From assembly GCA_934130595.1 (NCBI GenBank), contig CAKOYF010000008.1:2229-66228 (forward strand): 64,000 nucleotides of DNA. The letters are read 5' to 3'. The notes beneath the pieces were generated by a model. The model was given only the letters and a program-made list of their open reading frames with translations, did not search any database and was not told the origin of the DNA. Within the stretch, counting starts at the first letter, position 1. Every line of letters starts with the position of its first letter. A program made the translations under genes and the position numbers. This document shows, piece by piece, positions 1 to 10,018 of the stretch. This DNA is from an uncultured Clostridia bacterium. GTDB lineage: Bacteria; Bacillota; Clostridia; TANB77; CAG-465.

Positions 1-153
1 GATGGAGAATTAACACAAGAGCTAATTGATGCAACTAATGAGTACAGTGAACTTGTTGCTATGAATCAAGTAGAGCAAATGAGAGAACAAAATGCTAAAA
101 ATTTAATGAATAAGTTTAACGATATGAAGATTCGTTTAACTATGAAGTCATAG
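1..153 (+). CDS. 3' end of a larger gene (start left of window); K/E/Q-rich helical C-terminus
   Basis: Frame 1 is open from base 1 to TAG 151-153 (...EQNAKNLMNKFNDMKIRLTMKS*). The stop overlaps the AGGAGG RBS (152-157) of the next gene, the same layout as the large/small pairs at 7953/9709 and 10299/12958. Confidence 0.5.
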   Translation, partial: DGELTQELIDATNEYSELVAMNQVEQMREQNAKNLMNKFNDMKIRLTMKS

Positions 154-162
154 GAGGCAATT

Positions 163-564
163 ATGCAAGAACAATATTATAATTTACCTATGGTAAGAGA
201 AAACTTTTTCTCAAGAAATTTAAAAAAACTTTTTCAAGGTTTCTTTAATATAAAAAGAAAAAAGAGAGACCAAAAAAGAGCAAGTATATTAGCTCAAAGA
301 GCAAAACTTAATAAAAATTCTACAGATACAGTGGCAGTTAGTGGAGTTCATCAAAGAGTAGATATATATGAGTTCCAGTCAATGTATAGAAGAGGAGAAA
401 TTTCCATTGAAAATATGAATGAAGATCAAAAATATGCGCTAATTAAGCTATTTGAAATGCAAAATGAAAGACTAAGAGCAAGCATACAAGAGCATAGAAA
501 GAACACAGAAGCATATAACATGGAAGTTGAAAGATTAAAAAAAGAATTAGATATAATAGGATAG
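163..564 (+). CDS. small helical protein, paralog of the C-type small proteins at 9709, 12958 and 59396
   Basis: ATG lies 5 nt after AGGAGG; 133 aa. YEFQSMYRRGEISIENMNEDQKYALIKLFEMQNERL aligns with the Y..I.EI...I..DI.(E/D)ED...L..L(F/Y)..E motif of the other three. A terminator follows. Confidence 0.6.
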   Translation: MQEQYYNLPMVRENFFSRNLKKLFQGFFNIKRKKRDQKRASILAQRAKLNKNSTDTVAVSGVHQRVDIYEFQSMYRRGEISIENMNEDQKYALIKLFEMQNERLRASIQEHRKNTEAYNMEVERLKKELDIIG

Positions 565-592
565 AGTACAAAAACTCTATCCTTTATTTTTA
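559..592 (+). terminator. intrinsic terminator
   Basis: GGATAGAGT / ACTCTATCC 9-bp stem with a 6-nt loop, then a T-rich run. Confidence 0.75.
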
Positions 593-639
593 TTCATTTT
601 ATTGATATAATACTATTATAAAATTTAGGAGGTGGCATT

Positions 640-1173
640 ATGAATGAAACATTAGAAAATATTTATACAAGAAGAAGTGTAAAAAAATATAAGGATGAGC
701 AAATTCCACAAGAAAAACTTGAGCTTATTTTAAAAGCTGGAGAATATGCAGCAAATGGAATGGGAGCACAGTCTCCAATAATGATAGTTGTACAAAATAA
801 AGAAACTATAGAAACTCTAAGAAAATTAAATTTAAGAGCAATGGGAAAAGAAGGAGAAAATATAGATCCATTTTATGGTGCTCCAACTGTAGTATGCGTT
901 TTAGCAAATAAAAATATTATGACTTATGTAGAAGATGGAAGTCTAGTAATTGGAAATATGATGATTGCAGCACATAGTCTTGAAATTGATTCTTGTTGGA
1001 TTCATAGAGCAAAACAAGCTTTTGAAACTTCAGAAGGAAAAGAAATAATTAAAAAAGCTGGTTATGATCCAGAAGAATATGTTGGTATCGGACATTGTAT
1101 TTTAGGATATAGAGACTGCAATTATCCTGTCGAAAAACCAAGAAAAGCAGATTATATTTCATATATTAAATAG
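640..1173 (+). CDS. nitroreductase family protein
   Basis: 177 aa; N-terminal IYTRRSVKKY (RRS.R/K motif). Size and overall pattern fit an FMN nitroreductase fold. GGAGGTGG RBS. Confidence 0.8.
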   Translation: MNETLENIYTRRSVKKYKDEQIPQEKLELILKAGEYAANGMGAQSPIMIVVQNKETIETLRKLNLRAMGKEGENIDPFYGAPTVVCVLANKNIMTYVEDGSLVIGNMMIAAHSLEIDSCWIHRAKQAFETSEGKEIIKKAGYDPEEYVGIGHCILGYRDCNYPVEKPRKADYISYIK

Positions 1174-1268
1174 TTTTTATTGACTAAAAGAAAATGGTAT
1201 GTTAGACTAGATAGCACATTGATAGTTATGTCCAGAAAAATGAATATATAAGGAGGTAGATAAAATAT

Positions 1269-3035
1269 ATGAAAAGAGAAGAAATAGACAATAAATACAA
1301 GTGGGATTTAAGTACAATTTACTCAAGTAATGAGGAATATGAAAAGGACTTTAACCAAGTAAAAGAAAACATTGGAAAATTCAAAAACTACAAGGAAGAT
1401 TTCTTAAATACTCCAGAAAGATTTTTAGAATTTATGGAGCTATACCAAAATACTAATAGAAAGCTTGAAAAACTTTGTATGTATTCACATTTAGCAATAG
1501 ATGTAGAACCAAAAAATGAATATATACAAATGCTTGAAGCAAATAACAGTGGACTATGTGATATGTATGTTAATGAAACTGTATTTGTAGAGTTAGAAAT
1601 TGGAAAGAATGAAGAAAAGATTAGAAAAATACTTGAAGATAAAAGATGTAGTAAATATGAAGTTATGATGAATCAAATACTAAGATATGTCCCACATAGA
1701 CTATCAGAAGAGGAAGAAGCAATTATTGGAATGGCTGGTAGTGCTATGAATTCATATAAAACTTATTCTTCAATAAAACTAGAGTATAAACCAGTAATAG
1801 TAGATGGAAAAGAATGTTTCTTAAATGATGAAACACAAAGAGAGTTCTTAAAAAATCCCAATGAAGATGTAAGAAAACAAGCTTATGAAAATATACATAA
1901 CGAGTATAAGAAGTTTTCTAATATTTTTGCTAATACATTAGAAGGAAAAATAAAGGAGGATGTTTTTTATTCAAAAGTAAGAAAATTTAAATCTCCTCTA
2001 GAAGCATCTGTATTTAATGATGAGGTAACACCAGATCTTTTTTATAAAATACTAGATGCAGCAAATGAAAAATATCATGGCTACTATATTGATTATTTAG
2101 AAGCATCAAAGAAGATTTTGAAAAAGGATAAATTGAATCCTTATGATTTGAGATTACCACTTGTTGAAAGCTCAAACAAAAAATATACTTTAGATGATGC
2201 TTTTAATCTAATATATGAAGCAACAGAAAATCTAGGAACAGAGTATAGAGAAGTGTTAGATAGAGCTAGAGATGAAAAATGGATAGATTATTTACCACAT
2301 TTAGGAAAGGCACAAGGAGCATATTCTTCAGGATGTTATGATACTAATCCATTTATATTAACAAGTTTTATATCAGATTTAGAATCAGTATTTACTTTAA
2401 TACATGAATTAGGTCATTCTGTTCATACATATTTTTCTACACATTACCAAGACTATATCTATAGTGATTATAGAATATTTGTTGCAGAAGTAGCATCAAC
2501 AGTAAATGAAAACTTATTATTAAACTTATTAATAAAAAAGGCAACAACAAAAGAAGAAAAAGCATATTTATTGTATAAAAAACTAGATGATTTTGTTGGT
2601 ACTTGTTATAGGCAACCATTTTTTGCAAATTTTGAAAATATAATACATGAAAAAGTGGTAAACAATGAAGGATTGTCTGCTAAAACATTAACAGATATTT
2701 ATGACGAGTTGACACAAAAATATTATTCAGACAAAGTAGAGAAGAATGATTTAGAAAAATATAAATGCTTTGCAATACCTCATTTTTACTATAATTACTA
2801 TGTATATAAATATACTATAGGAAATTGTGTAGCATCAGTAATTGCAAAGAAAATATCACAAGGAGATAAGGAGCAAATAAACAAGTATTTAACTTTCTTA
2901 AAATCAGGTTCATCAAAATCACCAGTTGAACTTTTAACACTTGCAGGAGTAAATCCATTAGAAGATAATTTATATAAAGAGGCTTTTGAAGGATTTAAAG
3001 AAGACCTAGAAGAACTTAAAAAAATAATGTTATAG
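1269..3035 (+). CDS. pepF: oligoendopeptidase F (M3B metallopeptidase)
   Basis: 588 aa; HELGHSVH zinc motif at the expected position; N-terminal KWDLS..Y pattern typical of PepF; AGGAGG RBS. Confidence 0.9.
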   Translation: MKREEIDNKYKWDLSTIYSSNEEYEKDFNQVKENIGKFKNYKEDFLNTPERFLEFMELYQNTNRKLEKLCMYSHLAIDVEPKNEYIQMLEANNSGLCDMYVNETVFVELEIGKNEEKIRKILEDKRCSKYEVMMNQILRYVPHRLSEEEEAIIGMAGSAMNSYKTYSSIKLEYKPVIVDGKECFLNDETQREFLKNPNEDVRKQAYENIHNEYKKFSNIFANTLEGKIKEDVFYSKVRKFKSPLEASVFNDEVTPDLFYKILDAANEKYHGYYIDYLEASKKILKKDKLNPYDLRLPLVESSNKKYTLDDAFNLIYEATENLGTEYREVLDRARDEKWIDYLPHLGKAQGAYSSGCYDTNPFILTSFISDLESVFTLIHELGHSVHTYFSTHYQDYIYSDYRIFVAEVASTVNENLLLNLLIKKATTKEEKAYLLYKKLDDFVGTCYRQPFFANFENIIHEKVVNNEGLSAKTLTDIYDELTQKYYSDKVEKNDLEKYKCFAIPHFYYNYYVYKYTIGNCVASVIAKKISQGDKEQINKYLTFLKSGSSKSPVELLTLAGVNPLEDNLYKEAFEGFKEDLEELKKIML

Positions 3036-3072
3036 CAAAAAAACAACACACTCTTTAGTGTGTTGTTTTCTT
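3036..3072. terminator. bidirectional terminator between convergent genes
   Basis: AAACAACACAC / GTGTGTTGTTT stem flanked by an A-run upstream and a T-run downstream. Confidence 0.75.
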
Positions 3073-3087
3073 GTATAAATTTAATTA

Positions 3088-3765
3088 TTATGAGTTTTCT
3101 TTGTAAATTTTACATGCATTAACAAAAGAATCAATTATTTTACAGCTAGGCTCATCATCTGTTCTTTCTGGATGCCATTGAACGCCAATATTAAAAAGCT
3201 TATCTTTCTTTTCTATTGCTTCAATTACATTATCAGATTTAGCACAAACAGTATAATCTCCAGAGTTGGGTACCATGTATCCATGAAGACTATTTACTTT
3301 AATTGAGTCTTTTTCTATTATGTCATGAAGCTTAGAATCTTTATATACTGTTACATCATGTACATACTCATCATCTGGCTTTTTGTGGCCTTCAACTTTA
3401 ATATTTACATTATCATTGCTATAATTACACATAATCTGCATTCCCATACATATTCCAAGTAGTGGCATATCTAGTTCATTTACTTTTTTGCAAATATATT
3501 TATCATAAAAATATATTCTATCTCCACCAGGCATTAAAATACCATCGCACATTTTTATTTGTGAATCAAGTATTTCTTTATCTGTATCAGTAAGAGTACT
3601 TTCTTTATTATTTATATATACCATATCTTTAGTAGGAAGTATTATAAGAGGAATACCACCTGCACGTAAAATATGTCTTCTTACATTTTCTAAAATACAA
3701 AGTACTTGTCTATTGTTATCTGTAATATATGGTCTTGCAACCACTCCAATTATTGGTCTTTCCAT
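3088..3765 (-). CDS. class I glutamine amidotransferase-like, gamma-glutamyl-GABA hydrolase family (peptidase C26)
   Basis: 225 aa; nucleophile elbow GICMGMQ and distal QWHPE motif. Confidence 0.8.
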   Translation of the reverse strand: MERPIIGVVARPYITDNNRQVLCILENVRRHILRAGGIPLIILPTKDMVYINNKESTLTDTDKEILDSQIKMCDGILMPGGDRIYFYDKYICKKVNELDMPLLGICMGMQIMCNYSNDNVNIKVEGHKKPDDEYVHDVTVYKDSKLHDIIEKDSIKVNSLHGYMVPNSGDYTVCAKSDNVIEAIEKKDKLFNIGVQWHPERTDDEPSCKIIDSFVNACKIYKENS

Positions 3766-3812
3766 TTAAATCACCGTAAATATTATACCACAAATTGACA
3801 AATTTTACTAAA

Positions 3813-4715
3813 TTATTTGTTAAAATATATTCCTTGGTATAAATTTTGTTCTTTTAATATTTTTTCTATACCATTTAAAACTAGCTTTTTATGTGAATTC
3901 CAAGAAGGAGCAACTAATATATCTTTAGGAGCATCACCACTAACTCTATGTATAACTATGTTAGGATTTATATGAGTTAATATATATGTAAGTGAGCTAA
4001 GGTATTCTTCTAAAGTCAGAGGAATATATTTTCCAGATATGTACATTTTATACAAGTAAGTATCTTTTGTAACATAGGTAGAATGTATTTTTAATCCTTG
4101 AATATTTAATGAATTTACAAAATCTACTGTATTTTTTACATCATCAAATGTTTCATTTGGTAGGCCTACCATTATATGAGTTATTACATCAATGTTGTAT
4201 TTATTTAGCAAAGAAACTGCATGTATAAAATCCAAAGAGGTATACTGACGATTTAAAAGTTTACCAGTTTCATCATTTGAAGTTTGTAAGCCAAGTTCTA
4301 CACAAACATAGTAGTTAGGTTTATATGAAGCAAGTAATTTAACAATTTCTTCATTAATACAATCTGGTCTTGTTGCAACTTGAATGCCAACAATTCTTTT
4401 ATCTATTAGAGCACTATCATATCTTTTTTTTAAAATATCAACAGGTGCATAAGTATTTGTAAAATTTTGAAAATATGCAATAAATTTATTTGCTCTTTGT
4501 CCGCGATAACTATTTAGATGATTTGTAACTTGCTCTGAAATATTTATTCTTTTTAAATGTTCACCAGCACCACGTTCACCACAAAATATACAACCACCAT
4601 GAGATTTAGTACCATCTCTATTAGGACAAGTAAAACCAGCATCTATGCAAATTTTTAAAGTTCTTTCTCCAAATTTTTCTTTTAAATAATTGTTTAATTT
4701 ATTATATCTTTCCAT
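3813..4715 (-). CDS. radical SAM protein, TIGR01212-like family
   Basis: 300 aa; CPNRDGT...GGCIFC cysteine cluster near the N-terminus and family-typical length. Confidence 0.8.
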   Translation of the reverse strand: MERYNKLNNYLKEKFGERTLKICIDAGFTCPNRDGTKSHGGCIFCGERGAGEHLKRINISEQVTNHLNSYRGQRANKFIAYFQNFTNTYAPVDILKKRYDSALIDKRIVGIQVATRPDCINEEIVKLLASYKPNYYVCVELGLQTSNDETGKLLNRQYTSLDFIHAVSLLNKYNIDVITHIMVGLPNETFDDVKNTVDFVNSLNIQGLKIHSTYVTKDTYLYKMYISGKYIPLTLEEYLSSLTYILTHINPNIVIHRVSGDAPKDILVAPSWNSHKKLVLNGIEKILKEQNLYQGIYFNK

Positions 4716-4810
4716 GAGAGATAGTATAGCAAAATTTTACATAAAAAACAATAAAATGATGAATAAATTAAAATTAAAGGAAAATAATACTATTAGGAGA
4801 TGATTAAAAA

Positions 4811-5017
4811 ATGGAAAAAGAATTTGGAAAAATAAAATGTAATGTTTCAAAATGTGTGCATAATTGTATAGATGATTCCACTTGTAGATTAAACTCTATA
4901 GTTGTATGTGAATGTATGAATGATGAAAAGAGCAGAAAAAAAGAAGATCAAACAGCATGTGGATCATATAATTATTGTGGAAATTTAAACAAAAGTGAAA
5001 TCTTAGGAGGAAATTAA
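4811..5017 (+). CDS. DUF1540 domain protein (Cys-rich)
   Basis: 68 aa; C.VSKCVHNC....C....I.V pattern; AGGAG RBS. Confidence 0.65.
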   Translation: MEKEFGKIKCNVSKCVHNCIDDSTCRLNSIVVCECMNDEKSRKKEDQTACGSYNYCGNLNKSEILGGN

Positions 5018-5040
5018 CAAAAAAGGCTAGCAAATTGCTA
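5013..5040 (+). terminator. intrinsic terminator
   Basis: GGCTAGCAA / TTGCTAGTC stem followed by TTTTTT. Confidence 0.8.
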
Positions 5041-5148
5041 GTCTTTTTTATATTTTAAAATAAATATTTATGTGCTTTATATACTTAAATTTAAGTTGCA
5101 AAATGCGCGTCTTAGTAATATAATATTATAAAAAAGGGAGCGTAAAAT

Positions 5149-6528
5149 ATGAATGATAAAATATTAAAATTTAAAGAAGAAATAAAAGGAAAGAAAGTTT
5201 CTGTAATAGGAATGGGCGTTAGTAACATTCCAGCAATAAAATATTTACAAAAATTAGGAGCATATGTTATAGGAAGAGATAAAAATGAAGAAGTTCCAGC
5301 TGGACTAAAAGGACTTGAAAATGTAGAATTTGTTTTAGGTAAAGATTATTTAAAAGGTCTTAAAGAATCAGATTACATTTTTAGATCTCCAGGAGTAAAG
5401 CCATCTACACCAGAAATAGTAGAAGCTGTAGAAAGTGGAGTAATATTAACATCTGAAATGGAAACATTTATTCATCTTACAGATGCAACAGTAATAGCCA
5501 TTACTGGTTCAGATGGAAAAACTACAACTACAACTTTAACATCATTGTTTTTAAAAGAAGCAGGAAAAACAGTTTATGTTGGAGGTAACATAGGAACTCC
5601 ATTATTAGATAAAGTTGAGCAAATAAATAAAGAAGACTATGTAGTATTAGAATTAAGTAGTTTCCAGCTTATGACAATGAAAGAAAAAATAGATAGAGCA
5701 GCAATAACAAATGTTGCACCTAACCATTTAGATTATCATAAAGATTATGAGGAATATATTCAAGCAAAATCTCATGTATTTAAAGGTCAAGATGAAAACG
5801 GTATTTTAGTTTTAAATGAAGATAATGAATTTACTCAAAGATATGAAAAAGAAGCAAAAGGAAAAATCAGAAAATTTAGTATAGAAAAAAGAGTAGAGCC
5901 TGGAGTATATTATAGTGATGGAAAAGTTATTTCTAATATTGGTGGAAAAGATGAAGAAATAATGGACGCTAAAGATATAAAAATAGTAGGAATGCATAAT
6001 GTTGCAAATGTATGTACTGCATCTTCTCTTGTAATAGATATTTGTGGAAAAGAAGCTATTAAGAAAGTAGCAATGACTTTTGGTGGCGTTGAACATAGAA
6101 TGGAACTTGTAAGAGAAATAGATGGAGTAAAATGGTATAACGATTCAATAGCAAGTAGTCCATCTAGAACAATAGCTGGTTTAAAAGCTTTTAATCAAAA
6201 AATAGTTTTAATTGCAGGCGGATATGATAAACATATTCCATATGATGTTATGGGACCATACTTAATGGATAAAGTAAAGCTAATGATTCTTGTTGGAACA
6301 ACAGCACCAAAACTAAGAGAAGCTGCTAAAAATGAAGCAAAATCTAGAGGCGTTCAAACAATGCCTATAGTTGAATTTGAAAATTTAAAAGATGCTGTAA
6401 AGTATGCAAAAGAAAATACAGCTAATGGAGATGTTGTAGCTATGTCTCCTGCTAGTGCTTCTTTTGATCTATACAAAAACTTTATGGTAAGAGGAGAATA
6501 TTTCAAACAATTAGTAAATGAATTATAA
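5149..6528 (+). CDS. murD: UDP-N-acetylmuramoylalanine--D-glutamate ligase
   Basis: 459 aa; Mur ligase P-loop GSDGKTTT; NVAPNHLDYH; C-terminal SPA.ASFD motif. Confidence 0.92.
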   Translation: MNDKILKFKEEIKGKKVSVIGMGVSNIPAIKYLQKLGAYVIGRDKNEEVPAGLKGLENVEFVLGKDYLKGLKESDYIFRSPGVKPSTPEIVEAVESGVILTSEMETFIHLTDATVIAITGSDGKTTTTTLTSLFLKEAGKTVYVGGNIGTPLLDKVEQINKEDYVVLELSSFQLMTMKEKIDRAAITNVAPNHLDYHKDYEEYIQAKSHVFKGQDENGILVLNEDNEFTQRYEKEAKGKIRKFSIEKRVEPGVYYSDGKVISNIGGKDEEIMDAKDIKIVGMHNVANVCTASSLVIDICGKEAIKKVAMTFGGVEHRMELVREIDGVKWYNDSIASSPSRTIAGLKAFNQKIVLIAGGYDKHIPYDVMGPYLMDKVKLMILVGTTAPKLREAAKNEAKSRGVQTMPIVEFENLKDAVKYAKENTANGDVVAMSPASASFDLYKNFMVRGEYFKQLVNEL

Positions 6529-6543
6529 AAAAAAGAGGAAAAA

Positions 6544-7776
6544 ATGGATGAAATACGTATAGCTAATAAAATAAAAAGTATTGGTGGAAAACTATATCTT
6601 GTTGGAGGAGCAGTACGAGATGAATTAATGGGAATATATCCACAAGATAAAGACTATTGTGTAACTGGAATATCTAAAGAGGATATAATAAAATCTTTTC
6701 CCGAAGCTAAAATAGTAGGAAAAGATTTTCCAGTATATATAATAGATGGATGTGAAGTAGCTCTTGCAAGAAAAGAACATAAAATAGCTAATGGATATAA
6801 AGGATTTGAAGTTGAAACATCAAAAGAAATTAATATAGTTGAAGACTTAAAAAGAAGAGATATAACAATAAATGCTATAGCTAAAGATATTTTAACAGAA
6901 GAAATAATTGATCCATTTGGTGGAATACAAGATATAAAAAATAAAATAATAAGAAGTGTTAGTAGTGCTTTTAAAGAGGATCCTTTACGTGTATATAGAG
7001 TAGCTAGATTTGCAGCAAAATTAGATTTTACTGTGGAAAAAGATACAATATATATGATGAAAAGCCTAAAAAATGAAATGAAGTATATAACTTCTGAAAG
7101 AGTATACGAAGAATTAAAAAAGGCACTTCAAACAGATAAACCATCTATATTTTTTAACATATTAAAGCAAGCAGGTGTTTTAGATGTACATTTTAAAGAG
7201 GTATATGATTTAATAGGAGTAGTTCAACCACAAAAATATCATCCAGAAGGTGATGTATATGCACATACAATGATTGTATTAGATAGTGTTTCTAAAAACA
7301 CACCAGATGTGAGTGTAAGGTTTGCAGCTTTAGTACATGATCTAGGTAAAGCTAAGACTCCTAAAGAAATATTACCACAACATATTGGACATGATGAAGC
7401 TGGAGTAGAATTAGTGGTAAATATGTGCAATAGACTAAAGCTTCCTACATTATGGAAAAAAAGAGGTATTGAAGTTTCAAAATATCACATGAAGGCAGGA
7501 ATATACTCTGGTATGAGACCATATAAAAAAGCTAAGTTTTTAAATATGCTAAATAGGACAAGCATAGGAATAAAGAATATGGAGTATATAGTAGATGCTG
7601 ATGATATGTTAAAAAGACCTAAAATCAGCATGTCTAATACTGCAAACATAATATTTAGCCGTGTAAATGGAAAGTCAATGATAGATAAAGGTATATCAGT
7701 AGAAAAAGTTGGAAAAGATGAATTTTTAAACAAGCTATATGAAGAGCAAGCAAAGATAATAAAAGAAATAGAGTAG
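6544..7776 (+). CDS. cca: CCA-adding tRNA nucleotidyltransferase with HD domain
   Basis: 410 aa; GGAVRD and RRDITINA polymerase-beta motifs; HD motif VHDLGK. Confidence 0.85.
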   Translation: MDEIRIANKIKSIGGKLYLVGGAVRDELMGIYPQDKDYCVTGISKEDIIKSFPEAKIVGKDFPVYIIDGCEVALARKEHKIANGYKGFEVETSKEINIVEDLKRRDITINAIAKDILTEEIIDPFGGIQDIKNKIIRSVSSAFKEDPLRVYRVARFAAKLDFTVEKDTIYMMKSLKNEMKYITSERVYEELKKALQTDKPSIFFNILKQAGVLDVHFKEVYDLIGVVQPQKYHPEGDVYAHTMIVLDSVSKNTPDVSVRFAALVHDLGKAKTPKEILPQHIGHDEAGVELVVNMCNRLKLPTLWKKRGIEVSKYHMKAGIYSGMRPYKKAKFLNMLNRTSIGIKNMEYIVDADDMLKRPKISMSNTANIIFSRVNGKSMIDKGISVEKVGKDEFLNKLYEEQAKIIKEIE

Positions 7777-7786
7777 AGGTGGATAT

Positions 7787-7942
7787 ATGGAAAAGAACAA
7801 AATTTTGAAAAAAATGATTGAAGACTTAGGAAATGTTACACAAGAGGAGATTGAAAAAGAAAAAGAGTATAAAGTATTAAAAGAAAGTGAACCTATAGAA
7901 TTTCTTGAAGCTTTAGTAGATTCAGAAGATGAAAAAGAGTAG
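7787..7942 (+). CDS. small acidic peptide (A-type, module copy 1), 51 aa
   Basis: Not in the ORF track (under 60 aa). ATG 7787 follows an AGAGGTGGA RBS; stop TAG 7940-7942. NVTQEEIEKEKEY..EPIEFLEALVDSEDEKE parallels the 45-aa ORF at 10156. Confidence 0.45.
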   Translation: MEKNKILKKMIEDLGNVTQEEIEKEKEYKVLKESEPIEFLEALVDSEDEKE

Positions 7943-7952
7943 GTGAAGTTAT

Positions 7953-9728
7953 ATGGCAAAGATTCAATTAACAAATGAAGAAAAAATAGTAAAGAAATAT
8001 TATGAAGAATTTGTAAGTAAAAGAAGAATAACAAGTATTTCTAAAAAAGAAGTTATAGAATTTTGTAATAACTATGCTAAAGAAGTATTAAAAAATACAA
8101 GATTTGAAAATGAGGTACTAGAGATAAAAGATGAAACTAGTAAAGGCGTTGCTGGTAGTATGGCTACAGCAGAAAACGGAAAAGCGTCAACTTTAAAAAT
8201 AAACTTTGAAGAGGTAGTAGGAAAAAATGGTTTTAAATCTAGAAATAAAGATGCAAAATTTAAAACTTTTGTAGAACTATTAGACACTTTAAATCATGAG
8301 ACTCAACATTATTTTCAAACAAAAGAAATACAAAATTTTAGAATCACAGCTAATGGCATGAAACTTTCAACAGGAATGGAAATTGTAAGAGAAAATATAG
8401 CATCTGCTGTAGAAAGAGATAAGTTTTATAGCTTAGAAGAAGGAAACTATAGTGACTTATATATAGAAGGTGATGCTAGAAGAAATGGAGCTATAAAAAC
8501 ATCAACTCAGCTACTAAGAATATTTCCTAAATTAGAAAGAAGTAGAAAAGAAACACTAATAAACAGAGTAGTAAATTCTATTGAAAGAGATAATGTAGAG
8601 TTTAATAAGCTAAAATATGATGGTAGTACACAAAAATATGATAGAGGAGACGTTACTAGTGCATATGTAGATGAATATATTGCATATAAACCAGAAAGTT
8701 TAGAGAGAAAAAAGTATAGTGTTTTAGCTTTTGAATATGGAGAAGATGGAAGTAGGTACTATTTTGATGAAGTGCTAAATATTAGAGATGATATATATGA
8801 AACTATAAAAAATAACAAAAAGATAACACCGGAAACTAGAAAAAATATGTATGAACAAGTGGATTCTGGTTTCTCACAGATTCTATATAATTCCTTAATT
8901 AGATCTAGTAAAGAGACAATAGTAGACATTCGTAGAAGAATTGGAGATAAAAGATTCATTAAAGAGCTAGATTACATACATGAAGGAAAGAAAAAAGAAA
9001 TTGCAGAAAAAGTTCAAAAATACAGACAGTATGATGAATTCTTTATGAAAAATAGAGATAAATTATCACAAAGAGGATTTAGTAAAATAGAAGAAAGACT
9101 AAATAAACTATATGCTAGTACTAAGTATGTTATCAAAAAAGATGAGTTAACAGGAGAAGAATACGATACAATTGAATCAGACCAAATTAAATTTCTTCAA
9201 AAATTAGGAGCAAAAATTATAGATACAAAAGGAAAATATCCAATGTTTACTCCTGAGGAAATAGAAGAAAATGATTTAAAAAGAAAAGAACAAAAAGCAA
9301 AATACAAAGAACAGATGAAAAGGGAGTTTGAGCAAAGAAAATTCGAACAATGCAAAAAAAGAGAAGCAAGAGAAAGAGCAATAAAAGAATTTAATAGACG
9401 TGAACATGCTAGAAAAATGAAAAATCCAATATATAGATTTGCATATAATATAAGAAAAACGATGGAAAATTCTAAAAGGAAAAAATTACCTCAAGGAGTT
9501 ACTCAAAATAAATATTTAGAAGAAGATTTAGTTCAAAAAAGAGATGAATTAAATCAATTAACTAATAGTAAAGATAATCTAGAAACTAAATATACAGACA
9601 TTCAAAAGGAAGCAGAAGAATTAATTGTAGAAGCTGAAAGTAAAGCATATCTAGATAAACAAGAAGTAAGAGAAAATGAAAAAAATATAAAAGAGGAGGA
9701 ACAAAATATTGGAAAAGGAAATATCTAA
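7953..9728 (+). CDS. large K/E-rich hypothetical protein (B-type, module copy 1) with HExxH motif
   Basis: 591 aa; AGGTGAAG RBS; no signal peptide. LNHETQHYF lies in the N-terminal globular part. The C-terminal 250 aa are lysine/glutamate-rich and coiled-coil-like. Confidence 0.8.
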   Translation: MAKIQLTNEEKIVKKYYEEFVSKRRITSISKKEVIEFCNNYAKEVLKNTRFENEVLEIKDETSKGVAGSMATAENGKASTLKINFEEVVGKNGFKSRNKDAKFKTFVELLDTLNHETQHYFQTKEIQNFRITANGMKLSTGMEIVRENIASAVERDKFYSLEEGNYSDLYIEGDARRNGAIKTSTQLLRIFPKLERSRKETLINRVVNSIERDNVEFNKLKYDGSTQKYDRGDVTSAYVDEYIAYKPESLERKKYSVLAFEYGEDGSRYYFDEVLNIRDDIYETIKNNKKITPETRKNMYEQVDSGFSQILYNSLIRSSKETIVDIRRRIGDKRFIKELDYIHEGKKKEIAEKVQKYRQYDEFFMKNRDKLSQRGFSKIEERLNKLYASTKYVIKKDELTGEEYDTIESDQIKFLQKLGAKIIDTKGKYPMFTPEEIEENDLKRKEQKAKYKEQMKREFEQRKFEQCKKREARERAIKEFNRREHARKMKNPIYRFAYNIRKTMENSKRKKLPQGVTQNKYLEEDLVQKRDELNQLTNSKDNLETKYTDIQKEAEELIVEAESKAYLDKQEVRENEKNIKEEEQNIGKGNI

Positions 9729-9939
9729 AGAAAAATACGAGAACATAAAGGAAATAAAAAATAAATGGGATAATAAAGAAATAGATATTACAGATATTCC
9801 AATAGAAGACAGAGAGCTATTAGTTAAACTATATGATATTGAAATAAAAAAGGTAAAAAATGAAATAGAAGAATTAGAAAATAAGATAGATAATTATAAA
9901 AAAAGAATGCAAGACGCAATACAATCTTTAAAGAAATAA
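9709..9939 (+). CDS. small helical protein (C-type, module copy 1)
   Basis: TTG start 9 nt after an AGAGGAGGA RBS, overlapping the last 20 nt of the upstream gene. 76 aa; YENIKEIKNKWDNKEIDITDIPIEDRELLVKLYDIEI and NYKKRMQDAIQSL match the 12958 ORF. Confidence 0.65.
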   Translation: MEKEISKEKYENIKEIKNKWDNKEIDITDIPIEDRELLVKLYDIEIKKVKNEIEELENKIDNYKKRMQDAIQSLKK

Positions 9940-9948
9940 TTAGATAGT

Positions 9949-10018
9949 AATAAAGAAAGAAAATTTGAAGTGAACCTTAAAAAGTGTACTTTAATTTATT
10001 CTTTCTTTATTTTTTTTA
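9949..10018 (+). terminator. putative terminator (long-loop hairpin)
   Basis: Perfect 13-bp AT-rich arms AATAAAGAAAGAA / TTCTTTCTTTATT with a 37-nt loop, then TTTTTTT. Confidence 0.4.
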
